From positions 402,870 to 466,869 of the forward strand of contig JAHLWZ010000004.1 in assembly GCA_020536535.1 (NCBI GenBank): 64,000 bases of DNA, in the 5' to 3' direction. The notes below the pieces were generated by a model. That model worked only from the letters and a program-made list of their open reading frames with translations, made no database searches and was not told the DNA's origin. The stretch is from Pelomyxa schiedti (taxonomy: Eukaryota > Protista > Evosea). A program made the translations under genes and the position numbers. This document shows, piece after piece, positions 39,451 to 52,202 of the stretch. Each line of letters opens with the position of its first letter. The first letter of the stretch is position 1.

Positions 39451-40743
39451 TTACTCGTAGTCATAAGGGGAAATGAGGGGGGATTCGGGTTCGGTCCTCT
39501 TGTCGGTTTTTCTCTCCAGCTCATAGTCAGTGGCTTCTTGTTCTTCTTCCATGTCACAGACATCGACTGGGATTGGTTTGAGTGCTTTCTGACGACATGC
39601 CCTGATTTGGGACACAAGCTCGGCTTTATTGATCCAAGTGAAAACTATCTGGTAATTGTTGGCACACAAGTAACTACGGTAAGACGGTATCGTACCGCAT
39701 TGAGGAATCCCTCCGCACCGGAGAGAATAGCATGTAAGAAGTAAATCGGCACAACGGTGTAGCCAGCAAATAGCTATTCCTGCGTGAGTGAAAGAAAGCC
39801 CGCATGGAATGGAGAGGTACGCAAAATCTGTTTATCGAAGCTGGTATCCAACACACAAGTGTGATAAGCGGGTATGGTGCCAGCATTGCGGCTACTCTTC
39901 GAATTGTTCCTTGCTTCTTTTCTACGGCATTGACGGATTTGTTTTCTCTTAGAAGAGCAGAAGTGGTCAAATGTCCTTTCACGTGAACAACTATCTAGAG
40001 TGGAGATAAGAAGTGATTGCAGACAAATTTCTCAACCAGGATGTACATGACAGTAGTTATGCTGAAGCATAACCAAATCAAAGGGTACAGAAACCAGACG
40101 TTGTTTGTTGTTAGAATCCAGCACCAATCACCTATGTAAATGGGTTTTTTTTTTTCAAATTACATAATGGAGGCATACCCACCTGCCCATATCCTAGGAC
40201 AAGACCGGCAATCAACGAAATAAGTGCTCCAACTAATAAAATCCCTATAACAAAGGTAGTTGCACGAAACCACTTGGGAGATTTGTGGCTCATATTTCGC
40301 ACTATAACACAATATCTGGAAAGGTTTAACTTAATGCTGGGGAAAAAAAAGGTACGCACAGTATGAAAGATATGCAAGCACTTGTCATGAAGTAAGAGGT
40401 GAGACTTAGTTCCTGAAATACGCCAGCAATCACACAGGAAGTTTTTGGCACGCTATTGCCTGGTAACGTGAACCCCAGGGCATACACAACAGCCACGTGT
40501 GCAACCAAATCAGCAACTGACAGCCACATGACCATTCGTATTCGAAAAGATTTGAACAGTCTCACTGGCAAATAACAAGGGTGCATAAGCAGGAGAAAAC
40601 AAGAACCCTCCCGACAGGAATAGGGGGCAAAGGGTACAAGATAAGATCAAAAGGAGCAAATAAGAACTGCCCACTACACTGAGTGACTCTGACACAACAG
40701 AGCACAGGGCTATTTGCCTCAACACCTCATCACTAACCACCAT
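39451..40743 (-). CDS. cAMP-receptor-like (CAR/Crl) 7TM GPCR
   Basis: RMVMWLSVADL, DWCWI, YPLITLVCWIPASINR, GFLNAVRYG; seven hydrophobic segments. Confidence 0.8.
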
Positions 40744-41108
40744 GGCAATTCACCTAACTGGCCGATTTCCCAGAAGAGACTTTGGTGTGGATCGACGAAG
40801 ACCACCAGTTTAGGACACTGGCTCTGTGGAACACAGGTCCTTGGAGGTGCTTATGTTGTGGTGCCAGCACCCAGCAAGCGATTCTCGGGAGAGATTCAAG
40901 TCTTATCAACTCTCTTTCAGCCTCTCTTTTTTTTTTTTCTGGCTGAGAGAGTTTCACGAGAGCGGGCGGACGTTTGCCGGTTGGGGAGTGGGCGGGGATT
41001 CGGTTACATTCGACGATACGATCGCTTCGGTTCCTCCTTTGTTGTTGTTGTTGTTGTTGTTTCTTCACCACCGACTCATCACACACCCGCATCGCGGACT
41101 GACGTGAC

Positions 41109-43704
41109 ATGTCGTCATCATCCCCTTCGTCGTCGTCGTCTTCTTCTTCTGCTTCTTCGTCGTCATCGTCATCGTCGTCTACGTCGTCACCGTCACCGTC
41201 GTCGTCATCGTCGAGTGTTGGTGCTTATGGTACGACGAACACAGCAAGTGGAGGGGGAGGGGGAGGGCCAGGGGGCAGGAGCAAGATTGAAATGAGACTG
41301 AGCGTCGAGAGCGAGGTTTTCCAGCTCAGGCAGACCTGTCAGCCTAAATTACTTTCGTATGCTTTTTGTTTTTGTTTTGTTTTTTTTTTCGGGGTTGTTA
41401 TAGGACACGTTTTAGAGAGATTATATTTGTATAGAAGAGGGAATGGCTTGGTTTTAGAGTTTTGAACCCACTGACTTTTCTTTTTTTTGCCCCACAATAA
41501 AACAGGCTGTTACCGGAGGATCGAGATGCTTCTGCGAGTAAATTCCAAGCTCTCTTACAACCACTTTCTCACATACACACTGCTGATTTGTTAAGAGTTG
41601 CTTTCATTTCTGAGTTGATTTGCAGGTTTGCACATTATATCAAACCTTGCGTCTTCGGTAAAAGCCACTGCATTGATTAATTTCAAGATTCCCGTTATGT
41701 CTGGTTCCCGGTATCTTGTTTCTGTGGCTTTTGACTCCAAATTTACAAATCTTCACAGAAAAATGAAGATAGACCTGCATCAAACTGTTGGGTCGACTAT
41801 TTCCAAGATTGTAAGGAATCTTCCCATTGACGATAAAGAATTCTTTGGGCTCTTCTGGGGTCCGTGTGGGATTTGGCTAGAGCCAAATCGCACCTTGTAC
41901 TCTTATTATATTAGAGAGGATGTAAGGATTCCCCACTTCTATTCGTTCAGGATTTGGTAACTTCTTAGCTAGGATTACTTAGAGCTTGCCTATAGGCCTC
42001 GTGATTTATTTTCTCTCAAGGTTTTGAATAGCCAGTGTAACGAAACTGATACAGTAATCATCAGTTATTCTTCTTTACATATTTTTTACGCTTTTTAACT
42101 GTATCTAGCTGCAAGTACAATAGTATTGGGTCTTATACTTTCACTTAACAAGAAGGATCCAAGTACAATCGGAAACTATGGAATTTATGTTCCACAACAA
42201 ACAATTATGAAGGGCGGTTTTTTCTGCGATCCTTTGAAATATATCTCTGAATACGGGATAGAGACACTGGTTTTCAGTTTCCTCAATATTCTTACCATTG
42301 ATATCAGTCTAGGAATGTGTTGAACTTAGAGCCTTATCAGGGACTTTTGCCCCACCACTTTTCCAAATGAAGAATGCCGTACAGTTCAATAAAGGTGAAC
42401 CAACGTTTCCTAGGTTTTTATTTATTTCATCCAGATCTTGTGGCTGCAACATCTCCAGCACTAAAAAAAATGTCAATAAATCAACCACTACAACGTTCAC
42501 AATCGGATTTACATGTGAAAGGCCCCATCAAAAAAGTAGTTCAGTTGCATTTTAATGGAACCACTAATTGTTGATAGGTGCCACCTGATCCAGACTTCGT
42601 TGTTCAGCAAAATTTGTATTGTCTTAAAAAGTAATTTATGGGGTAATTGTTTCAATAGGAGATTGGAAAAACTTGAACGCCAGCTGGAAGAAATGAAACT
42701 AGATGAATTGAAACACCCAGGTATTGGAGGGAAAAAGTGTGGATTTCCCTTTGGTAACAACGCCATAGTCAAAGGACCAGATGGTACTGGTTCTAGCAGT
42801 GGTAGTTCAGGGAGTGGTGGAAGCTCTACAAGCAGCACCAGTAGTGGAGGTGCAGCTACCAGCAACCCTGCCACTTCTGTTTCCAATGCCCTACTATCTC
42901 TAAGACAGCACCCTATATCAAATATTCTTGAACCTATGCTTGGTCAAGTCCTTCTCCTCCCTCCTGCAGAAAAGGAAGATACAGCTCCCTGTACTCCATC
43001 TACAGCACCCGCAACTTCAAACACTCCCACAGCCCCGAATCCAACAACCAATGTACTGGCCAGCACACCAACACAACCAGACACTCCTAAAATATCCATT
43101 TCATCAGCAACACAAATAGCACTCAATTGCCAGGCATCCAGCACAACAGCTCCATCTCATTCAATCCCAAGCAAGCAACTACCTCCACCACCACCAAGTA
43201 CCAAAAAGCCACCAATTCCCAATTCGGCCTCATCCTCCCTAGAACAAGAAACTCCAACTAATCCGCCACTCGTAGAACTCAGTAGCACAGCCACATCACT
43301 CTGGGAAAAGGACTTGTACGATTTACTAAATGATTGGAGCTCACTAAATTCCACTCAAAAACAAACTCCACCCGTTTCGTTGTGGTATACTGCGAAGCGT
43401 GTCTGCAATCCAGTTTTGGGTACCCTGTCATTTCTACATTGTTTTGCTTCTAGGTTCTAACCCTACTACAGTGCCACCAGCACAGCGGGCAGAAATTCTA
43501 TCCCGCCTTGCGGAAACCGAAAATACACTACTTGATGAGTGCCTCAAGTCACTCAACATGCACTATTCTGTAATCAAACCTGGCAAATCACTCACAACAC
43601 ACATCAACCAACCATCAACAATTCCCCCAAAAATCATGCTCCCACTCCTGGATGAAACTGCAACCAACAAACCACCCACACCACAAATGGGTTGGCTTCT
43701 ATAA
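41109..43704 (+). CDS. Protein with talin-head F0/F1-like ubiquitin-fold repeats and Ser/Pro-rich regions (boundaries uncertain)
   Basis: KMKIDLHQTV..FGLFWGPCGIWLEPNRTLYSYYIREDDYLELAYRPR and NYGIYVP..GFFCDPLKYISEYGI resemble talin F0/F1. Confidence 0.55.
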
Positions 43705-44181
43705 TTGCTCCATTGTACTTTTTCTTTTATTCACCAGTGATTTTTTAAATTAAATTGGTTTTACTCCCAATCTGTAAGGTTTGTGTGGGCATTGTGAAAT
43801 GCACATGGCAGTTTTTAGCTTCACTGACAAAGGAGTGAGGCAGGGTTCTCCTCTCTGAAACCATCCTGTAGTTTGGCCAGCCTCTCAACCTCCTCACATC
43901 CGATTTCTTGGCCACCAATGAAAGGTACTCAGCCTACTGTGCTTCCGACCCCCATCACACCATTCATACAAGGCATGCCAAGCAGGCCTTGCGAAGCTGG
44001 AACGTCTCGACTGGCACCGTTCGACCTTTCGTACACCCAATATTGTGCCATGGGACCACATGGAGGCGAACTTAATGTACTTCTGACTTCACACAGTGAG
44101 TGACAAATTCTTTTCAGAAGGATAAGGAGGACTGCAACCTTTCCAGGAATCATCAAGATTTCCAAATCAGGAAAAAAGAAA

Positions 44182-47100
44182 ATGACTAGTGAGGAGGCGT
44201 CATCTGCCTCTGTTTCTGTGGCCCCCGAACTCTCACCCACAACCACTGGGAGCGCCACAACTACCACAACAACCACAGCGATTATGGGTGATGGTTGTTC
44301 TGGGGAGCGCCGTCAACCACTGGGGGCAAACAGGCCGCGTTCCAACGCGTACAGCTGCACCAACTTGCTTACTTCGTTTTCCTCGGCATCCCATAATTGG
44401 GCTTCTTTGGGTGATAGCGGGGGCGGCGCAGTTTCGGTTATGTCGGGGAAACCTGGTGGTAGCAGCAGTCTCAAATTCAGCATTGACGTGGGAACTGAAA
44501 ATGAGAATAACTTCAACCTGCACTTGGCAAAACTGCTGCGTATCAAAGGGGCTGCTCTTGTCAAAGTAAGTTATGGGATCATATGGTTCTAATTGTTTTG
44601 GTTTTGTGTCTTTTAACTATTTTTTAAATACGTGCATAGGTAGGGAACAATGAAGCAGCTTTAGAAGCAATAGAGGCATCTCTTGAAAAAGACCCACAGA
44701 ACCCAGATGCACTCCGCACTGCAGCAGTGGCTCACCATAACCTCCACAATTACACCAGAGCTTTGGAGTTATTCTCACAGAGCTTGGAAATTTACAGCGA
44801 TCCTCTCACTCACTCCTGCATGGGGCAGACGTTGTTAACACTTGGGAGACATGCTGAGGCAAAACAAGGTTTTTCTAAGTACAATCCCTCTCCATTCTGA
44901 ACTTCATTCTAGCGTTTGATCAATCTCTGGAAACCAGCCTACTGGTGAGTGCAGTATCTGGAAGAGCTATTGCCTTATCTGCCCTCAAACAATACTCCCA
45001 AGCATTGTTGGAATTCGACCGCGCATTGGAACTTAAGCCAAAGGATCCAAATATAATAGGAGAGAAGGCAAAAACTTTGTGCCTTCTTGATCGGCAAACA
45101 GAAGCTCTTGAAGCCATAAATTTGGCTTTGGCAATATGTCCAGGAAACCAGGATTTCCTTGAGACAAAGGGTCTCATTGCCACTCATTTGCCTGGAGATA
45201 TTGAAGCACTCAATTTTCCCATACGTCCATCCTCTCCACCTCCAAAACCTCCCCCTGACATGCAAATCGACCCCACAGTCCCACTCACACCTAGTTCCAA
45301 AGTTGATTCCCAATCTATCAGTGATGCAACTCCCACCATAGAGTTTGTGGGAATGCCAAGTGACAATGCCACCCTGAGGCCTGGGTCTCCTCCAATAGCA
45401 CCTGATCCTGAAACAAGCAGGGACGCTCATACATTGCCAGCTACATTTCACACCAAGAATCCACTGGCTATCGACTTGCCTGCTGCAGGCTTCATTGCTG
45501 TAATTCTATACTTTCTATTGAGCACTTTAACAGTTTTTACAGGTCTCAAAAACTAAACTGTTTTTTGGATCCAAGTCTGGATTAGTTCCTCAGTGCATAA
45601 CTCTGAGGGATAAAGTAACCTTCACCAATTTGAGGATGAAGGGTTCACCTCTGTGTGCCTTGAAATTTGTGATTCCCTGTGATGATAGATTTACCCTTTC
45701 GTGCACTCCAACTTCCTTGATCTTAAAACCGGTATTTCCAAATCATTGGCTTGAGAATGACTTAACTCTATTAAAAGGGACATGAGGCGGAAATTCTGCT
45801 CAAACTCAATATTAAATGTACAATGAAGCTATCACTTGAGATATGCTTCCTAGTTGCTGGTATTAATACCGCTGTATTATGGTTCACTAATCACGGTGCA
45901 CCTTTTCTAGAGAACCAAAGTCAAAGAAAGGAAGTATTTCAGGTGGCAAATTGTTTAAAATTGAAGGTGAACCTGGAAGCTGAATTAAGCACTCGCATTG
46001 ATTACACTGAACTGGAGTGGGGTGATTGGATTGGTGAGGGAACTTTTTCCGATGTGTGGAGAGGAGTATGGCGAGGTGCAGATGTAGCCATCAAAGTGCT
46101 TAAAAACCAACACCATTTCCTCAATGAATTGGCTGAAGACTTTTCTCATGAAGTGGATTTAATGAGCAAACTCCGAAGGTTTCTAATTGGTTCTCAGAAC
46201 TGCATTATTTAATGTTAATCAGTCCATATGTTCTGAGTTGTCTTGGGGCTGTCCTTATTCCTGGGAAGTTATGCTTAGTCACTGTGTGCCCAATTTATAC
46301 TTCTATATATTCCTTACTGAAATTAGGAATTCTTGCCAATGGGCAGGTATAGTATTTGAACACTGGGATATCCCTTTTACTTCCTCAGTTTGACAGACGT
46401 GTTAAAAAAAGGTCCTCTTTCCTATTATGTAAAACTCAGGATGGCTCTGGATTGTGCCCGAGGTTTTTTTTATTATGGAATTGTTTGTCTCTTAATGGCA
46501 CTTAGGGATGGTATACCTACACAACTCTAATGTCGTACACCTTGATCTCAAGACAGACAATGTATAACAATTACCACTTGCTGCTTTTTTCCTATCCTCA
46601 GCGTTGACAGATCTTGGTTGTTTCACTCAGCTCCAAATCTCCTGTTATATGCAAAATTGCTGGTATGCAATAGCGGTCTACAATTTCCTTACCAACTTTA
46701 GATTTTGGGGCATCACAAACTGCTGCTAGTTTTGCGTGTCTGTTATCATGTTGCACTGGCACTCTATCATGTATGGAAAGACCTTTAATTAGAACAGTCT
46801 TATTTCTTCTCAGACATGGCTCCAGGTTTGATTCGAACAATAATTCCGCATTATTGCTGACATAGAGGCAGAGGTAATAGCAAGAAATCATCTCAGTTCA
46901 AAGGCAGATGTGTATAGGTTTGCAATCCCCCTCTTCGAAAAACTTTTTTCCTCATGCAAAGTAGCTTTGGCATTATACTCTGGCAAATATTCACACGAAC
47001 ATCACCGTTCTCATCTATTGAATCTGCATTCGGTAATAATGTCTACATATAAGCACCCTTTTCACCCTTCTTAGCCCTGATGGAATATGTTTCTTTTGGA

Positions 47101-47429
47101 AAGGTAAGAGGGAATGTTCCTTTCCTTTTCTATTTGTTGCAAACAGCAGAAAAAAAAACAGAGAATGGAGATACCAACCCAAATGCCTGAGGATTATACC
47201 ACAATGGTTGTACAATGTTGGGATCAAGACCCTGCACTTAGGCCAAGTAAGTTCTACTCTCTGGATTCCGCCATAGGTTTTTGTTTTAATGTTCTGCCTA
47301 CTGGTAGCATTCAACAATATACTGCCTGTTCTATCCACAATGACTCTGACAGAGGAAGCAGAATACCGAAGAAGGAAGGAGCAGAGGAGGTGCCATGAAC
47401 ACCATGTTGGTGAAAACCTCTACCTGTGA
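44182..47429 (+). CDS. TPR-repeat tyrosine-kinase-like (TKL) kinase with Ig/MSP-like linker
   Basis: TPR repeats 44640-45190; ELSTRIDYTELEWGDWIGEGTFSDVWRG, VAIK, HLDLKTDN, DFG, YMAPE, KADVYSFGIILW, CWDQDPALRP. Confidence 0.85.
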
Positions 47430-47726
47430 TAGTGGTGCGAAGGATACCTGTTAACAGTGTTACTCACCACCATCTGAGTAAATTGCTCCACATCACCACT
47501 TGGTTTTCTCTTGCAATAGAAAAGACCTCCTTTCTGTTTAAAAGAATCTTCCCAGCAACCAGCAACCTTTCCTTGGTGATAAATAATTCTGTAACAGAAC
47601 CGAAGTCTGCCTGTTTCGGTCTAAGCAACTTTTTCGAATTTGCGAAATGGACAACGCCACCCACGATTGCGCGAGCGCGTGCTCCTCCGAGCTGTTGAAC
47701 CCACAATCAGTTTAGTGAGTTTATGT

Positions 47727-48686
47727 ATGTCATTCAATGTTGGGTCTGTGAGTCACGAATCCCCAACGCCCACCACAGAAGAAGAAACTAACATTGGCCC
47801 ATACGCAGGAACCGTCATGGACACAGAGGGGAAAACCAACTGTGGAAAGACTCACCGCCACAGTATCCGTACCATTCCTGAACACTAGCATAGTACTACA
47901 ACAACGTGGTGCACACGACACCCTCGGTGAGCACTCTACCAACAGACCGTATCTACTACTAATAAAAATAGTATATCCCAACACACACCAAATTCTATTT
48001 AAACATTCGTTCGAATTTGCCAACAGCCAGCCACAAAAACAGGGGGTACAGTGTGGGACTCTGGGATTGTGCTCAGCAAGTACCTGGAGCACCGGGCTGG
48101 GCTCAGCCGGCCTCTAGTCCACTCAGACCACACAGTGCTAGAGCTAGGCAGCGGCACCGGGCTGGTATCCATTGCCTGTGCACTCCTTGGCGCCCGCACA
48201 GTTGTGGCCTCTGACCTCAATGACCCCTCTCTACTCTCCCTGCTGCGCTCTAACATCCAATCCAACATAATGACAGCTTCGTCTGGTTCTGGTTCATCAT
48301 CATCTTCTTCTTCTTCACCTTCACCAACATGCAATGTGATTGTGTGTGCCATTGACTGGTCCTGCCCACCACCTTGGTCAGCACTTGCTCCTGCGGACTC
48401 AGCAGCCTGTTGGCCTGAGTATCCTGATGTGGTTGTCTGCTCTGACCTTGTTTACTCTGACTCTGCCGCTGAGCCTCTGGCCCGTTGCTTGGGACTCTAC
48501 TGTGGACCTGACACTGTAGTACTATTCGCATACGAAGCTCACAAATTCGAGGCCACCAAGCTGTTCTTTTCACTGGTTCGTCAGTCCTTCGACATTGAAC
48601 CTGTGCAACCTTGTGACCTGTGCCCTGGGTACTCATGTGGTGGCGTGTATGTTCGAATTCTCAAAAGAAAACCAAAAAACACATAA
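47727..48686 (+). CDS. METTL21/Methyltransf_16-family protein-lysine methyltransferase (start approximate)
   Basis: GGTVWDSGIVLSKYL, VLELGSGTGLVSI, ASD, IDW, SDLVY. Confidence 0.88.
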
Positions 48687-48808
48687 AAACTGAAGCCAAG
48701 AAAACAAGTGATTCTGCCTATGGAGCAAAAAAGCTAGTTTTGGGTAGAGCGTATTTGGACGGTGTTTGTACTGTGATGGGGTTTTTTTTTATTTTCTTAC
48801 TTGACTCA

Positions 48809-49584
48809 TTAGGGCTCCTCAATTGGGAAGGTGAAGTGAATGCTGCGGCCAGTGAGCTTGCGGTAAACGGTGGTGAATGTCTTAATTTTCTCCTTGACGT
48901 GGTGTGGGTCTCGTGGGTCCAGGTGTCTATGTAAATGGTGAGTTGTATTGTAAAGGTTAGGTTGAGGAGTGAGAACTTACACAGTCGTGAGTTTGCTACC
49001 ATCAACGCGGAAACGGGTGCGTTTCCCGACAATCTCTGTGGGGAACACAATGTCATTGAGGATAGCCTCGTGGACTGCGGTCATTGTGTGGCAGTGGGGC
49101 CTCGGCTTTCCGTATCCTTTCTCTCCTCGCTTGGCTTTGAAAATGATGCTCCGCTGGGCAACAATGATGACGTGTTTACCGTTGAGCTTCTTCTCCAACT
49201 CGGGAATAAGTCTTGCTTGGATCCTAATTCGCCGGAAGTCAAAAATCAGTACGGAAAGGTTTTTAAGAGTGCTAACTAACCTGTGGTATTGTCTCAAGAA
49301 TCTGTAAGGGATAAAAACGACAATCGCCCTGCGCTTCTTATCCACAGCCACCATCTTGGCTGAGAGGCAGTAAAGATTCTTGATTTCCTCTCTCATATCC
49401 ACAGGGCCTCCCAACTCGAGGTCAAGGAGTGCTTGGGCGACCTACTCCAAGGTCACTCAGAACGGCCAAACATCTAATAATAAACGGGTGTTTGTTGTTG
49501 GAAATGGGAGCACACCGTATGCTCCACGGGGGAAATGGGAGCGGTCTTGTCCTTCTTTATGATTTTCTTGGCTGCCGAGAACAT
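48809..49584 (-). CDS. RPS7: 40S ribosomal protein S7 (eS7)
   Basis: VAQALLDLE, IQARLIPELEKKLNGKHVIIVAQR, TMTAVHEAILNDIVFPTEIVGKRTR, VYRKLTGR. Confidence 0.95.
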
Positions 49585-50083
49585 TCTTGCGGCTCACAAA
49601 AAAAAACCTCTGTCTGCAATACACGTTAAAAACCGCACCATCGCAAAACAAAAAGGTGCCACCAACCACACAAGGCGTCGCTTTTTGGTTTTTTTTTTAA
49701 AAAAAAAAACCGATTTCACGTAGACACGGGAACAACAACGCTTGGACAAACGACTAACGGCAACAAAACAAAAAAGTGAGGTTGATCACATGATGAGGTG
49801 ACGGAGGAGCGCCTCGTGCGGTCGTGAAGTCGCGGAGCGAAATAAATGTTTTTTTAGAAAGAATAAACTAATAACAAACAAATAAAAAGCGTGATGTCAC
49901 AAGAAGCAATTTCGATGCCCCTTTCTATTTCTATCCGGCCCCAGTCTATAGAAATCTCCCAGTTTCTGTGCAGATCTGCCTCATTGTTCGCCAATCAAAA
50001 TGACTGCGGCGGTAGGTCGGGGAAGTGTGGTCGCATCTGACTTGTTGCAATTGTCATACGAGGAGCATACGGACAGGCCGCCA

Positions 50084-51035
50084 ATGCAAGATTCGTACCG
50101 GTGTGCGCATTGCTGCGCAGATCTGTTTGTCGGTGCTGATTCTTGCACGGCAGCAGATCCCACTCTGTGGCTCACTTTCTCCAAGGTACAGTTGGGTTTT
50201 TTTTTCCCTTGTAGTTATGAAATTGTTTTTTGGCTTGCATACACTTCAAATTCTGATCAGCGCAGGCTATTGAGGGTGCCACTGTAAAAGCCGATTCAGA
50301 AAGTTATGGAATGGAGCGCATTGAAGTGCTGTGCGGAAGGGTATTGTTAATTACAAAAAGCATCAATTAGATTATGCTTATTTGAATTAGTGCAGAAGTC
50401 AATTGGGCTACTTTTATGAAAACATAAGTATGCTTGCCCACACCAAACAGCAACGTTAATGTGATGATGTGAAACTTGGAATTCACCTTTGTCTCAACGT
50501 GTCATTGATTCAACTAGGTAGTGGGTCATCCTTCTACTGCATCCGACCCATAAGCCTAGACATTCCTGGCAAGCAACAACCACAACCACAACCGCAACCT
50601 CAACCACAACCGCAACCACAACAAACACCACCACCTACCCGCGATCCCCTCTTCTCTTCCTCCACTCCACCCATACAAGCCCCCGTACTTCCCGTGGAAA
50701 TTCCTCCCCACACTGCACACTTGCCACAACAACCGCAAGAGGACCACAACACACTCCCGCCAGTGGGCTGTGTCAGCAGCCCCCCTCGGCTCCCACCAGT
50801 CCGTGTACCACAGGAAACCATCACGGAGGCACCGGCACCGCAACCACCAGAGCAACCACCACATTCAATACCAGTAAGAACTCTGATAGTTGGCCCTAGA
50901 CCACCACCAAGGAGCCTGCCTGAACCCGCAGCAACGCGCACATCATTTACTTCACAATTGGCAAAGTGGTTCCCTGTTGGAGTTGCCTTTGCTTCTCCCG
51001 TGATAGTCGCAGCTGTATCCAGATTTGCTTTATAA
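50084..51035 (+). CDS. MsrB/SelR-fold zinc protein with degenerate active site, Pro-rich linker and C-terminal hydrophobic tail (start 50000 or 50084)
   Basis: YRCAHCCADLF..WLTF..SYGMERIEVLCGRCRSQLGYFY..FYCIRPISL follows the MsrB layout. Confidence 0.65.
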
Positions 51036-51132
51036 CTGGAATTTTTCCCTTGGATTTGTTGTAATGCTTGGATATTTTGAACCGAAAACAAAATTTTACA
51101 AGTACTCACAACTTTAGAAGCCCTACTACAAA

Positions 51133-51992
51133 TCAACAACACCTTCCAATCATAAGGCCTATTACAAAATAACAGAGAAGAAAAGAACCTATCTTTCTTC
51201 TGGTCTACGTCATCCAGGCGAACAAGGTCATCATGGCGGATCTTTTCATTGCACTGATCCAGGATTGCTTTGGCTAAGAGACGAAACAGTTCCTCAACCG
51301 AAGACATGTCGTAGACACTTGTTTCAACAAAGTGGATATTGTGTACCTTTTCTCAGTGTTAGTGATGACGAAATAAACTAGTTTGCCTCATACCTTTGCC
51401 AGTTCACGACCTGAGTCAATGGACACCTTTCTAGAAGGAAGGTCTGTCTTGTTCCCTGCAAGTGCATATACAACATCCGGACAGTACCTATTGGCTTCAC
51501 TCATCCAAGCTTTGACGTTATAGAACGTCTAAAGAAGTGTTACAGTGACGAACAGCATGCTCACGGGAAATAACCTCCTCATCGGTGACGTCATAAACAA
51601 TAATTACACCCTGTGCACCCCGATAAAAAGTACTAGTGAGTGTGCCATGCGTATCTTGGCCGACTGTGTCTGAGTAAGAATAGCTGTTTACAAAGGGTAC
51701 ATGCCAGTGTCAAAGATTTTCAAGAAAATCTTCTTGCCCGACTCCACAACGAGTTTGGTTTTCTCTTCTTTCCCCAGAGGAAGGCTAGCATCACCTTTTG
51801 CAGGGTCCCAAGTTCCATCAATATATCTAATCGTAATCGCAGTCAACAAAAAGGCCCAATGGCAACAAGTGGGTATATTCGTGTGAGCAGCAAATACTTG
51901 AGCATCAGGGAGGTCTTTCCGACGCCAGGATCTCCAAGAATGAGGACTTTGCCTATGCAGTCGTAACAGTACGGCTCCGGTACCGTCGCCAT
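51133..51992 (-). CDS. Divergent Rab GTPase ending in CC
   Basis: [45 protein letters not shown], spliced C-terminus KKDRCC*. Confidence 0.85.
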
Positions 51993-52202
51993 TGAGTCTT
52001 CTCACGTGACAAACTACGCTTACGATTTGACAGTTACGGCTGATTGTATGTCCTCTGAGCGACCACTTGTTTTTTACGAGATCTCCTCATCATGTAACAA
52101 AAATCAAAACAACGATCAAAGGGCAAAAAAAGAAAACAAATAAAAAGCAAATCGAACGGAACTTTGACAACAAACCCCGGACACATTTGTCATAGCAATA
52201 AA

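Noticed and set aside
43873-44103. ORF that might link the talin-like gene to the TPR kinase
   Set aside because: No clear in-frame splice path; an AT-rich UTR-like stretch after 43704 and an A-rich ATG context at 44182 favour two genes
47464-47706. 80-aa minus-strand ORF between the TKL kinase and the methyltransferase
   Set aside because: No motif, non-ATG start; likely spurious
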